DNA from: a virus
Direction: 5' to 3' (one strand)
Virus record (IMG/VR): IMGVR_UViG_3300045988_168118
DNA: 64,000 nt
Below, piece after piece: positions 19,340-29,450 of this stretch. The translations under genes and the position numbers were made by a program. Every line of letters begins with the position of its first letter. The stretch's first letter is position 1. The notes beneath the pieces were generated by a model. That model ran no database searches and was not told the DNA's origin. It worked only from the letters and a program-made list of their open reading frames with translations.

Positions 19340-20851
19340 ACCATCGACGTCCGCGTCTGACATTATAATTATTTTACCATATCTTAAATCTTCTTTATCG
19401 TAAGTTACTTTCATAGTTTTAGGATCAATTTTAAGTCCAAAAGCATCAATCATAGTCATAATTTCAGCATTTTTCTGAATTTGAGTTAGTGTAGCTTTTT
19501 GACAATTTAAAATTTTTCCTCTCACAGGCATAACCGCTTGGAATTCATTATTTCGTGCAGTTTTCAGATTACCTGAAGCACTATCACCCTCAGTCACGTA
19601 TATTTCGCACTTCATTCTATCCTTTGAATAACAATCCGCGAGTTTAGAATCAAATTTTAAAACTTTTTCTTTTTTCTTCTTTTCTTTTTCTCTTGCAAGT
19701 TCTCTTGCCTTTTTTGCGGCTTCACTTGCCTTTTTCGCGGCGATTGCTTTATCAAAAATTACTTTAATCTCTTTTTCATTTGACAAAAGCCACTCTTGAA
19801 TATTTTCCGCAATAATACCAGTAAAAGGCGTCATATCAAGCTTTACAATCCTAGATTTAGTCTGAGCGTCATAGGATACTCCTGGAGCTGTAATATTAAA
19901 AGCTACCATTAGTCCCTCTTGTATGGCAGATCCTTCTAAGTTATCATCTTTAGTTTTCAACCACTTTTTCTCTCTAAAGAATTTATTAAATTCTCTAGTA
20001 ATTAAAGACTTAATCTGTGTAATATGCGGTCCTGCATCTGTTTCTCCTGTATTAACATAAGAAATCATATTAGTTGAATAATTTTTTGTATATGTCAATA
20101 CTAAATCAATTTTATTTTTACCATTACTATGTTTAATGCATAGTCTATTGTTAATAATTTCAGTATCTTTAACTTTATCTGAAACTAAGTCATCAAGACC
20201 ATTTTTTGAAACATATTCAATAGCATCTTTTCCATTATGGGTTAAGTTAATTGTCAATCCTGGACATAAACAAACTAATACATGAAATAATTCTTTTATT
20301 CTTTTCTCATCTATTTCCGCGTGATTAAAAAATTGTTTATCTGGTTTCCAGGAAACAATAGTTCCAGTATGATGATCTCTCTGCAATCCTGTCTCTCTTG
20401 ATTTAAAAATTCCATCTTCAAAATAGATAGATTCAAAATGACCATCTCTAAAAGTTTTAACATTTAGATTACTTGAAAGAAAATTTGTTAATTTACTTCC
20501 AATTCCATTTAAACCTAAAGCTGTGCCTTCATACACACCATCTTCTGAAAACTTACCAGAAGTATTTAAAACATCAAAAGAAGCTTGCAAAACGCTTTCC
20601 CCATCTTCTCTCATAATATTCACTGGAAAGCCTTGAGCAAAATCTTCTACTGTACAAGAGCCATCATCTTTATAATCTACATTTATTATGTTTCCATTTC
20701 CCGCTTGAAACTCATCAATAGCATTAGATACAATCTCAATCAATAGCTGGGTTGAATACTCCGTGGACCCACAATAAACCCCAGGTCTAAGTCGTGTAAA
20801 CTCCCGCGGGCTTAATGATTCTATTGACTTCTCATTATATAAATTGCCCAT
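19340..20851 (-). CDS. type IIA topoisomerase subunit B (GyrB-like), exon 1 (GHKL ATPase plus transducer plus start of TOPRIM)
   Basis: LEIVSNAIDEFQAGNG is the GHKL N-box. The exon ends ...KIIIMSDADVDG. Confidence 0.8.
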
Positions 20852-20918
20852 ATTTTCTCCTTATCATCTTTAATATCCATATTAAATACATTTTTTCTTT
20901 TTTTCTTTTCCTTAATAT

Positions 20919-20947
20919 ATTATAATATATTTTTTAAAATAAATCAA
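20919..20947 (-). promoter_or_regulatory. sigma70-type promoter TTGATT-N17-TATAAT upstream of the gyrB-like gene
   Basis: The minus strand reads gaTTGATTtattttaaaaaatatatTATAATatatt. Confidence 0.55.
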
Positions 20948-21448
20948 CTATAATAATCTTTCAACAGGATCATAATAATAATTTTTTAACAGATTAGAAA
21001 ATTTTTTAATGTTATTAGTAGCAAGAGCATCAGCAAGTTCATTTTTAATATTATTGCTATGACCTATACATTTACGGACTTGACAATTAAAAAAATCTAT
21101 GTTAATATAATTATATAATTCCTTTATTAAATCAATATTTTCAATTTTTTTCTTTTTACTATTTTTCCAACTATTCCTTGCCCATGTATGAATCCAATCG
21201 TTGCATATGTTTACACAATACGCGGAATCAGAATAAATAATACAAATTTTATTTTTATATTTGGTTTGGGATAATTTAAAAGCTGTTAAAATAGCTTTTA
21301 GTTCTTCTCTGTTGTTAGTTGTAATATTAGAATTTTGTTTTTTAATTACTTGAATAATTTTGTTTTCATTAAAACAAATTACTCCAAATCCTCCAGGACC
21401 TGGATTCTTTCTACAACTTCCATCAGTATAAATCTCAATTTTTTCCAT
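20948..21448 (-). CDS. rnhA: ribonuclease H (RNase HI)
   Basis: The N-terminus MEKIEIYTDGSCRKNPGPGGFGV is the RNase HI signature. Confidence 0.8.
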   Translation of the reverse strand: MEKIEIYTDGSCRKNPGPGGFGVICFNENKIIQVIKKQNSNITTNNREELKAILTAFKLSQTKYKNKICIIYSDSAYCVNICNDWIHTWARNSWKNSKKKKIENIDLIKELYNYINIDFFNCQVRKCIGHSNNIKNELADALATNNIKKFSNLLKNYYYDPVERLL

Positions 21449-21451
21449 TTT

Positions 21452-21997
21452 TTACTCCTTTTGTTTATTACACCTTTCATAGAGTTGAAGAGATCTTTCT
21501 TTTCTTAGACAATCATTAGAATTTTCAAAAGCCATAGTAGCTAACATTAAGTCAACAAAAGAAAGAGTATCTGGGTGCATAACAATATTTTCTTTTCTTT
21601 TCATCCACCATGAATATTCATTATTATAACTAAAATTCTCTTTCATATAGGCTTTTCCAGCACCAATATAATCGCAAACTAATTCTAATGCGTATTTATA
21701 TGGCATTTTAATTGGTTTACCTCCGCAATCCGCATTATCAATCCAATATTCATAATGATGCAGATTTCTGCCTTTATGGTGCAACCATGCTTTTGAATAT
21801 CCGTTTTCTTTTTTACATTTATTTATTGGACTATCTGTTCCAGTATAATATTTAACTGATTCAAAAAATTCTGTAGGAGAAAATTTTGACATATCATGCT
21901 TAATTCCTTGCCAAAACAATCCAGCTTTTTGACAATTTAAAAATACATAACATTTATGAGTTAATATAGTTTTAAAATGTGACATCATTTTATTCAT
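21452..21997 (-). CDS. hypothetical protein (His-rich WLHHKGRNLHHYEYW motif)
   Basis: A 181-aa ORF; no confident family assignment was possible by eye. Confidence 0.4.
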   Translation of the reverse strand: MNKMMSHFKTILTHKCYVFLNCQKAGLFWQGIKHDMSKFSPTEFFESVKYYTGTDSPINKCKKENGYSKAWLHHKGRNLHHYEYWIDNADCGGKPIKMPYKYALELVCDYIGAGKAYMKENFSYNNEYSWWMKRKENIVMHPDTLSFVDLMLATMAFENSNDCLRKERSLQLYERCNKQKE

Positions 21998-22102
21998 TAT
22001 TATTTTCCTCTCCTTGAGCTATATTGTTTATTATTATAATAATATTATAATATATTTTTTGAAGAAACTCAAGTGCTTTAACAAAAAAAGAGCAAAAAAA
22101 TA

Positions 22103-22130
22103 AAGATAAGCTAACGCTTATCTTTATTTT
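22103..22130 (-). terminator. rho-independent terminator after the endolysin gene
   Basis: The hairpin aaagataagc-gttag-cttatcttt is followed by a T-run on the minus strand. Confidence 0.55.
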
Positions 22131-22139
22131 AAAAATTTT

Positions 22140-23429
22140 TTAAAGTTTTTTAGTGTAGCTTAAATAAATCCAACCTGCTCCACTTAATAGTTTACCCCAT
22201 TTTCCGCTTGTCTCAACAACAGTATAAGTACCTTTTTTAATTTCTCCTAATTCCTTACGATTTTTTCCTTTTGAGTCAAAGTACTTCATAGTTCCTGTGA
22301 TTTGAACAGCAAAAGGTGCTTTTGGATAAGTAGAGTTAGATGTAGTGTGTTTTGGCGTTGAAGATGAAGTAGTAGATTTTTTTAATTTTTTTGTAACTTT
22401 TTCCGCGAGTTCTCCCATTCTTGAATACATCCAATCTCCTGGACAACTCTTATTAGCAAACCAGCGGTGAACGGTTAAAAGCATCTCATTTGAAGCAGGA
22501 GTGTAATTTAATGCTTTTTCCTTGTTACTAATCCATAATAGTTTATTTTTACCATTTCTCCTACAAATATCAACGCATAACTCTACTAGCTTATTGTAAA
22601 CTGTGCTATTAAAAGTATATGGTTGACTGCTATCACAAGCACATTCAATAGTTACTGCTCTTTGGTCATTTGCATTACTAGAACTACACCATGAGCGATT
22701 TTTTTCCTCTACAATTAAAGCTACCCCGCCTTCAGTACCGATTCCATAATTACATGAAGCTTGTACACCAGGGTTAGTGAAACATCCTGCGATTCCGCTT
22801 GCGGATAATTGACCAACAACGCAGTGAGGAGTAATTCTATCAATAGTATGAGTTCTTGCTCCTGAATGATTAGGACTTAATTTAGTATAAGTTACTAAAG
22901 AACTATTTGTATATCCCATATTAATGTCTCCTTTTATATCGTATTTAGTTAAATTCCATTTCTCAATAAGATTACATATTTTTTGTACATAAGAATTATC
23001 AGTAGCATATCCACCATTTTTAATAATTTGTATCGCGGTTTTGTAGTTTTGTTCTTCTACAAGTCCGGGGTACCGTAATTTAGAACCATTTTTAGCTTGA
23101 GACAGATATAAAGAATGATCTTCTACACTTTTGTCTATGGATGGATATTTTCTAAAGTCCGCAGTGATTGTTGTTATTATTCCAGGTTTGTATTCTTCTT
23201 TTGTCCTTTTAGTGTATTTAGATTTACCATCCCAAGCACTTTTCCAAGTATTGCCAGATAATGTAGTTTTCATTCCAAATAAATTATTTGCGTTTATTGC
23301 TAAGTCAGTTGTTCCATAGCCAGATTCTAAGCAAGCTTGTGCAATAGTGATAGAAGCTAAGATTCCGCTCTGTTGATAATCTAGAGTAGCTTTTGAGCCA
23401 ATATACTCAATAAATTCTTTTTCTGTCAT
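22140..23429 (-). CDS. multidomain endolysin: N-acetylglucosaminidase plus Amidase_2 (MurNAc-L-Ala amidase) plus SH3b
   Basis: GILASITIAQACLESGYGTTDLAINANNLFGMK is a glucosaminidase motif. HSGARTHTIDRITPHCVV...SCNYGIG is PGRP/Amidase_2-like. The C-terminus GTYTVVETSGKWGKLLSGAGWIYLSY is SH3-like. Confidence 0.75.
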   Translation of the reverse strand: MTEKEFIEYIGSKATLDYQQSGILASITIAQACLESGYGTTDLAINANNLFGMKTTLSGNTWKSAWDGKSKYTKRTKEEYKPGIITTITADFRKYPSIDKSVEDHSLYLSQAKNGSKLRYPGLVEEQNYKTAIQIIKNGGYATDNSYVQKICNLIEKWNLTKYDIKGDINMGYTNSSLVTYTKLSPNHSGARTHTIDRITPHCVVGQLSASGIAGCFTNPGVQASCNYGIGTEGGVALIVEEKNRSWCSSSNANDQRAVTIECACDSSQPYTFNSTVYNKLVELCVDICRRNGKNKLLWISNKEKALNYTPASNEMLLTVHRWFANKSCPGDWMYSRMGELAEKVTKKLKKSTTSSSTPKHTTSNSTYPKAPFAVQITGTMKYFDSKGKNRKELGEIKKGTYTVVETSGKWGKLLSGAGWIYLSYTKKL

Positions 23430-23455
23430 ATCTCTTTATCTCTCCTTTATAATTA

Positions 23456-23492
23456 AAAAGAAAGCTCTCATATGAGAGAGCTTTCTTTTTAA
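23456..23492. terminator. bidirectional hairpin terminator (aaagaaagctctc-atatga-gagagctttcttt)
   Basis: A perfect 13-bp stem is flanked by A/T runs, and it lies right after the PhoH-like stop codon. Confidence 0.55.
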
Positions 23493-23500
23493 TTTATTTA

Positions 23501-24757
23501 TTACATTAACTGAGCTAATTGAGCTATTCTGCTACGATGAATATTTTTTAAAGTGACTTCACCATAAATAGGTTCTCCTTTGAAAATCTCTGATACTCTT
23601 CTCATTCCATTATTATTTCCTGCATATAAAGAAGAATCGACTTGAGTTTCGCTGTCTCCATCTAAAATACAAATTGAATCTTCTCCAATTCTTTGTAATG
23701 CAAGTCTCATTAGTTCTATATCCATATTCTGTGCTTCAGAAATATAAATACCCGCTTTCATATTAGTAGTGTCATAACCTCTAATATCTGACATTGGAAG
23801 CAAAACAATTTTTCCTTCCTCTATCATTTTTTCAGCGGCGATTTTGTCTCCCAATTTACTAGATAGTAGATTTCCTATCTGAGAGTCCAGAAGCTTTTCA
23901 TCTTTACTTCCAGGATAAAAACCAAGCTTTGCCGAACCCGCAGTTGCCACTGTGTTACAGAAAATAATAATCTTTTCAATTTCATGTTTTTCTAGTTTAT
24001 CAAAGAGGAAACCAAAAGATAGGTAGCTTTTACCAGTTCCCGCGGAACCTCTTATCATGGTAATTTTGTTGCTGTTCAAACTATCCATAGCCAACTGCTG
24101 ATATGCGTCTTTTGGCTTTATTTTTCCGAACATATTGCTATTGAAAGTTGTAAAAGGAACTTCTATAAATCTATCCTGAGCTCTTTTATATTTGCTAATA
24201 ATTTCATCTTTATTTTTGAGAATAAGATACTGGTTAATTAAAAACTCATTTAAAAACTCTGAAGAATTATAAATTTTATTATAGGCATCTGCTAGTTCTT
24301 CATCTGAATTACAGCAAATTTCTCTAAATCCGCAGTAGTCATTTTGCTTTTGGTCTAAGTATTCTACTTGTAAGCCAACCGATTTTGCGAGTTGTTTACA
24401 GCATAAATCTTCAGTAACAAAAATTAAATTTTTGTCTTTTTGCTTTAATGCGGTTAAGATAATTCTACTATCATTATTGTCAGATAAAACTAAATATTTT
24501 TTTAATTCAGAATCCCATTTAGTTTTATAATTGATAACACAATAACTATTATCATATTTGTTTAAAAGTTGAATCAATCTTCTAGCTCTAAATTTGATTT
24601 CAGAATCTTTAGATGCAGATATTTTTATGTTTTCTAATTCTTTAAGAGTAATATTGCTAATATAAAAATAGTTATTAAACGCATGATGTAATTCATTTAA
24701 TAACGCACAAGTATCATAAAAATACATATTATTCTCCTTCTTCATCATCTTCTTCAT
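23501..24757 (-). CDS. phoH: PIN-domain plus PhoH-like ATPase (YlaK/PhoH2-like)
   Basis: The N-terminus MYFYDTCALLNELHH is PIN-like. IRGSAGTGKSYLSFG is a Walker A, and the surrounding sequence matches the PhoH core. Confidence 0.75.
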   Translation of the reverse strand: MKKMMKKENNMYFYDTCALLNELHHAFNNYFYISNITLKELENIKISASKDSEIKFRARRLIQLLNKYDNSYCVINYKTKWDSELKKYLVLSDNNDSRIILTALKQKDKNLIFVTEDLCCKQLAKSVGLQVEYLDQKQNDYCGFREICCNSDEELADAYNKIYNSSEFLNEFLINQYLILKNKDEIISKYKRAQDRFIEVPFTTFNSNMFGKIKPKDAYQQLAMDSLNSNKITMIRGSAGTGKSYLSFGFLFDKLEKHEIEKIIIFCNTVATAGSAKLGFYPGSKDEKLLDSQIGNLLSSKLGDKIAAEKMIEEGKIVLLPMSDIRGYDTTNMKAGIYISEAQNMDIELMRLALQRIGEDSICILDGDSETQVDSSLYAGNNNGMRRVSEIFKGEPIYGEVTLKNIHRSRIAQLAQLM

Positions 24758-24956
24758 TTAAGATATTCGGTATTTGAAAACCAATTACAGAATCATTCTT
24801 TTGATCTGATGATTGTATATTTTGTTGCAACTGATAAGTCCAATAAGTAATAATTGTACATAGGTATTGATTAAATTGACTTATTAGTGTAATGATTTCA
24901 TTTATAACTGGGAGTAAAAATGAAATAAAGAGAACTCCTTTTAAAAAATTTTTCAT
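24729..24956 (-). CDS. small membrane protein
   Basis: A 75-aa ORF with one hydrophobic helix and an acidic tail. Confidence 0.35.
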   Translation of the reverse strand: MKNFLKGVLFISFLLPVINEIITLISQFNQYLCTIITYWTYQLQQNIQSSDQKNDSVIGFQIPNILNEEDDEEGE

Positions 24957-25032
24957 AAGTTGTTTTTCCCTTTTGATAATACTTTTATTGTCCTAAATAA
25001 TATTAAAATTTTAATAAAGAAATTGATATTTT

Positions 25033-25533
25033 CTACCCATTTTTCTTTTTCTTTTTAATTTTATCTACTTTTTTTAGAAGATCTTCTCTTTCATTAATGA
25101 TATTGGATAAATTATTTTCTAAAAGGTTAATTGCAACTAAGATACTTTTTCTTTTGCTTTCAAGAATATAAATTTGTTTTCTCATAGCTTTAGCTTCATA
25201 AGATTTTTCATTAAAAGCTTTTGACTGAGAAATATTAGAATAGCAATCTTTCAAAGCTTTTATTTTATTTTTTGTATCTTTAAGTATTTGCTTTTGACAT
25301 CTGATTCTAGCTTTTATTAAGGCACATTCGCACCCAAAATAACGAGAAGCTTCTTTTTTATCTTCTTCTTTTAACTGAGATTGACCATAAAACTTTCCAT
25401 ATTTAGTGGTTATAATGACAGTTGAAAGTCCTATGTCTTTATTGTAATTAGAATATATAAGCTTTTCCTTCATATTATTTCTCCTTAAAAATATTATTTT
25501 TATTATTATAACATAAAATATTAAAAAAAGCAA
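25033..25533 (-). CDS. hypothetical coiled-coil protein
   Basis: A 166-aa Lys-rich ORF. Confidence 0.4.
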   Translation of the reverse strand: MLFLIFYVIIIKIIFLRRNNMKEKLIYSNYNKDIGLSTVIITTKYGKFYGQSQLKEEDKKEASRYFGCECALIKARIRCQKQILKDTKNKIKALKDCYSNISQSKAFNEKSYEAKAMRKQIYILESKRKSILVAINLLENNLSNIINEREDLLKKVDKIKKKKKNG

Positions 25534-25542
25534 GTTGAATAA

Positions 25543-25809
25543 TCAACTTGCTTTTTTATCAGCTTTTTTAAAGCTAACGGCTGATTTAAAAAATGAACTT
25601 ATAACTCCCATAGTTCCACAAAATAAAGGTATCATTGCAGGTGAAATATTAATTCCTAACAAAGCTAATCCTTGACAAAATACTGCCCCAAAAGTAATCT
25701 TAATTAACCAGCCTACAAAAAATGCAAGCACAAAGTTAATTAAAGGTGAAAAAACGACTAATAAAATTGCTAAAGCTACAACGCCTAAACAGCCAACTGC
25801 ATCTTCCAT
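25543..25809 (-). CDS. small two-TM membrane protein (holin-like topology)
   Basis: An 88-aa ORF with two hydrophobic segments and a charged C-terminus. A terminator hairpin overlaps its stop codon at 25528-25557. Confidence 0.4.
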   Translation of the reverse strand: MEDAVGCLGVVALAILLVVFSPLINFVLAFFVGWLIKITFGAVFCQGLALLGINISPAMIPLFCGTMGVISSFFKSAVSFKKADKKAS

Positions 25810-25980
25810 ATTACTCTCCTTAAAATGTTATTTTTTATATATATTAAAAATCGAATTAAATAATTAACTTGTTTTTATTAGTTTTTAAGAAATAACTATT
25901 TAGAAATAAACCAGCATATTATAATATAAAAAATTAAAAGTAGTAAAACACCTGCATAAATAATCATATCTTCCATATTA

Positions 25981-26514
25981 TTATCCTTTCTTCATCTTAA
26001 TTTCTTTAACAATAGTTTCTAATAATACAGGCGTACAATTATGTGAATCAACGCCAACATGATACATATAAGGTCTATCTTCAAAGAAATTATCCTTCTG
26101 GTGAGTATGTCCGTATAAATTGATTACTCTAAGATCATCTCCATTCGCGGTTATCGTTGGATAATGGGTTAAGATAAACATATGTTTTTTATATTTTAAT
26201 CTGTATCCCATTTGAATATCTTCAAAAAAGTGATTAGTTTTAAATGCTTTTAAGCGGGCTTCGGTATCATGGTTTCCATAAGCCAGATATTTCTTACCTT
26301 TGAGTCTGTTGATTAGTCTTAAATTAGCCTGAAGATCAGAGCCCATCGCCACGTCTCCTAAGAGATAAACAATATCATCATCAGACACAGTATCATTCCA
26401 ATTTTTAACAATAGCTTCATTCATTTCATTTACATTAGAAAAACCACGCTTTTTCCAGATAAAATCTTTATTATGATTAAAATGTAAATCACTTGTAATA
26501 AAAATATTAGACAT
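25981..26514 (-). CDS. calcineurin-like metallophosphoesterase (candidate end-healing phosphatase)
   Basis: IFITSDLHFNH...LGDVAMGS...GNHDT...GHTH are the metallophosphoesterase motifs. The gene sits immediately downstream of the Pnk-like kinase. Confidence 0.7.
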   Translation of the reverse strand: MSNIFITSDLHFNHNKDFIWKKRGFSNVNEMNEAIVKNWNDTVSDDDIVYLLGDVAMGSDLQANLRLINRLKGKKYLAYGNHDTEARLKAFKTNHFFEDIQMGYRLKYKKHMFILTHYPTITANGDDLRVINLYGHTHQKDNFFEDRPYMYHVGVDSHNCTPVLLETIVKEIKMKKG

Positions 26515-26523
26515 TTTCTTCTC

Positions 26524-27015
26524 CTATTCTGCTTTAATTTTAAGATAAAGTTTTCCATTTGCATCAACAATGTAAATTTTTTCAATTCCTTCTTCAAAAG
26601 AAGGTTTTTCTAAATTAAAATACATATTTTTAATTACTTCTGGCGGAACATAAGAACGAGTACCTTTTCTATTTTCATTTCTTTTTAGACACTCTTCAAG
26701 AGATGTTTTCATCCAGATTACATTTATATGCGGATTTCCGCAAATATTTCTTAAAAGTTTATTTCTTGAAGTTCTATTCAAATGAGTAGCATCTGCAAAG
26801 ACATTTTTTTCTTCTAATAAATACTGATTGATTTGATGTATAAAGAGCTTAAATACTTCTTTTTCTTTTGAGAAGTATTCTTCGCCTTCTTTAACTAACG
26901 AAAATCTAATATCGTCTCTTGAAACATACTTATCAAAATATGGATTGATATGATTCTTTACCCAGGTACTTTTTCCTGAACCTGGACATCCTGACAAAAT
27001 ATATAAGTTAGCCAT
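26524..27015 (-). CDS. polynucleotide 5'-kinase (T4 Pnk kinase-domain-like)
   Basis: MANLYILSGCPGSGKSTWVKNH, SRDDIRFS and NENRKGTRSYVPPEVIKNMY align with the T4 Pnk motifs GCPGSGKSTWA, NRDD.RQ and NSKRGTKAVP. Confidence 0.75.
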   Translation of the reverse strand: MANLYILSGCPGSGKSTWVKNHINPYFDKYVSRDDIRFSLVKEGEEYFSKEKEVFKLFIHQINQYLLEEKNVFADATHLNRTSRNKLLRNICGNPHINVIWMKTSLEECLKRNENRKGTRSYVPPEVIKNMYFNLEKPSFEEGIEKIYIVDANGKLYLKIKAE

Positions 27016-27031
27016 AATATACCTCCTTTAG

Positions 27032-27388
27032 TTAGATTCTATGACCACAATTATAATCTCTTTTAGAGTTCCAACATTTGCCGCTTTTATTATATTTGCA
27101 ATCTTGTTTAGTACAGCTTGTTAAATCAGCTATTGGAAGCTTTTTCCCATCTACAAATCTACCAAGTTCAAACTCTTCAAGAAAGTCCTCATATCTATAA
27201 GAACCAAAAGGTCTAATTTCAGCATGATTTATTTGTTTTCCACAATATAAGCAGAATAAATTTTTTAAATGTCCAGCTTCTCTCTGTTGCCCTATACGTC
27301 TAGCGATAGGAATACCCCTTTTTCCACACTCTACACAATAAAAGTCACTTTTTGTAATTTCTTTATTTCTTGACATAATTATTACCAA
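27032..27388 (-). CDS. zinc-ribbon protein
   Basis: Carries the pairs CVECGK...CLYCGK. Confidence 0.4.
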   Translation of the reverse strand: MVIIMSRNKEITKSDFYCVECGKRGIPIARRIGQQREAGHLKNLFCLYCGKQINHAEIRPFGSYRYEDFLEEFELGRFVDGKKLPIADLTSCTKQDCKYNKSGKCWNSKRDYNCGHRI

Positions 27389-27489
27389 CTCTCTTTCTTT
27401 TTATATATTTATTATATCATATTTTTATAAAAATATAAAGATAGATCTTTTATTTAATCTATCTTTATATTGTTTTATAATGATAAAGT

Positions 27490-27717
27490 TTATTTAAACG
27501 TAAACCTTGTCAAAAATACTTTAAAATCCGCGGCAGTTGAAGGGAAAAAGACTTCTATTCCAGAAAACACATCAATAGACATCATTCCCATGATAGATTT
27601 TCCATCAATTACATATCTTCCCTTATGAACATCTACTTCGCCATCGACTTTCATAGCTTCATTAACAAATTCTCTAATTTCATCAATGTCAATTAACTTA
27701 ATTTTTACGCTTTCCAT
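27490..27717 (-). CDS. hypothetical small protein
   Basis: A 75-aa ORF followed by a terminator-like hairpin at about 27441-27470. Confidence 0.35.
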   Translation of the reverse strand: MESVKIKLIDIDEIREFVNEAMKVDGEVDVHKGRYVIDGKSIMGMMSIDVFSGIEVFFPSTAADFKVFLTRFTFK

Positions 27718-27833
27718 ATTTATTCCCTTCCTTTTTATTTTATTTATCTTATTATTTTAAAGTTTCGCCACAATGTTTCCTATACTTTATAAAATATAAA
27801 GTATAGGAATATTGAAAAATTTATTTAATACTC

Positions 27834-29078
27834 TTAAGAGTGATAGCGAAGCAAGAATTCATTGCTTACAGCTTTAAAGCTATTGGCTCCGTCATAAGAA
27901 CGAAATACAAGACCTTCCCTCATTCCGCCATCAATAGCAGATTTTCCAGTTGCAATTTTCAACAGCTCATCTACAGTATCTGGTAAAATAAAATGCTCGC
28001 TCACAATAGGAACACAAGGAATATTGTATTTTGTTAAAATATCAGTCATTTCTCTTGGATTGAATCTTTTTGTAAGACCTCCCTTAAAACCAATAATAAG
28101 ATTAAAAGCCATAAAGTCATGGTTATCCATGTCATAATCTCTCTTTTGAATATCTTTACCATAAGTCTCTCCCTGCACAGTTACAAAGGAGATGGTCTTA
28201 TACTTTTCATTGAAATCTTCAAATAATTTTTCAAGTACTTTTTCCATATTGTATCTTTTGGACATGGCAAGATATACGTTAGTATCATAATAGCAAGCCT
28301 TGCTTGGATCATCAAAAGATACGTTACGAGAGCAGACACGATAATCTTTTTTCCAGGCTTCCTTTTTCAAGGTAAAAGTGGTAGAAGTTCCATCAATTTT
28401 TTCTGTTGCAAATAATTCATCTTTGTTAGCGAGAATCCAAGACATATTCTGAATTCTTTCCTCATCAGTCTTTTTAACCCAAGCTGGGAAACCGCCTTTC
28501 TTATCTTTAGCTTTTCCAAAGATGAAAAACATTACTTTTTTGCCCCAGTTTCTATTCATCATCCAGCGTGCCCAAGGCTTAGAAAACAGTTCTGGTTTAC
28601 GCTGAGCCATTTTTTTATACTTATCTGCGGAAGCTGCTTTTCGCTTATTATCATCTGCATCAGAATATTTTACACCTAGTTCAGCTGTCAAAAAATGTCC
28701 TTCTGGATAAGAAGCTCCTTTTTTTGGATTAAAGATACAATAAACTCCTTCTTCATTCGTATAAGTATCCCAATCAAAATCTTTTGGATGCATAAGCAAA
28801 CCTTGAGATACGAAGTTACCTTTTCCGCCAAAAGTATACTTCTGTGTTTTTACCTTATAATGTTTTTTCTCTAAAAAAGCAAAGACTTCAGTTTCTGGAA
28901 CTTTAGAATCAATCTCAAAATAAATTGCGAGATCACCAGGTTTAAAAGTTCCTTTTCTGGTCATAATACGCCATCCGCCCACAACCGCGGCTTCACAATT
29001 ATCAGAACCTGTAATTGGCTCAATTTTATCAATAGTTACAACATAGCAAAGTTCTCTTTGTCCATTTTTATTTAACAT
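27834..29078 (-). CDS. RNA ligase-like nucleotidyltransferase (N-terminal OB-like domain plus KxDG adenylyltransferase)
   Basis: ATEKIDGTSTTF is motif I around residue 229. The long N-terminal domain resembles Rnl5 (Dra/Ngr-type) RNA ligases. The gene lies in the same block as the Pnk-like kinase and phosphoesterase. Confidence 0.55.
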   Translation of the reverse strand: MLNKNGQRELCYVVTIDKIEPITGSDNCEAAVVGGWRIMTRKGTFKPGDLAIYFEIDSKVPETEVFAFLEKKHYKVKTQKYTFGGKGNFVSQGLLMHPKDFDWDTYTNEEGVYCIFNPKKGASYPEGHFLTAELGVKYSDADDNKRKAASADKYKKMAQRKPELFSKPWARWMMNRNWGKKVMFFIFGKAKDKKGGFPAWVKKTDEERIQNMSWILANKDELFATEKIDGTSTTFTLKKEAWKKDYRVCSRNVSFDDPSKACYYDTNVYLAMSKRYNMEKVLEKLFEDFNEKYKTISFVTVQGETYGKDIQKRDYDMDNHDFMAFNLIIGFKGGLTKRFNPREMTDILTKYNIPCVPIVSEHFILPDTVDELLKIATGKSAIDGGMREGLVFRSYDGANSFKAVSNEFLLRYHS

Positions 29079-29093
29079 ATATATTTCTCCTTT

Positions 29094-29363
29094 TTATTTA
29101 ATTATTTTAAAAGATATTCCCATCAGCAGGAAAGGTAATCCTATTAGGATTTTTTCTTTTGTTGAAAGGTTGGTTAGTAAAGACATAAATGAAATCATAC
29201 TTAAAAAAGAAAAAATACTGCGATTAACGTCTACCGTTACTATTATTCTACTATTGTTATTATTTTCTTCTTCTTTCTTTTTTCTAATTCTTTTCTGTTT
29301 AGAATTAGGAGTATTACTCCTTGTTTCAATATATGTTTTATTATCCCTTGTGTAAGTTTTCAT
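29094..29363 (-). CDS. hypothetical basic protein
   Basis: An 89-aa ORF. Confidence 0.35.
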   Translation of the reverse strand: MKTYTRDNKTYIETRSNTPNSKQKRIRKKKEEENNNNSRIIVTVDVNRSIFSFLSMISFMSLLTNLSTKEKILIGLPFLLMGISFKIIK

Positions 29364-29450
29364 TTCCTTCCTTCTTTCTTTCCTTTTGATATAATAATTA
29401 TATCATATTTTTTTTAAAAAATAAAATAAGTTTTTTTAACTTACTTTATT

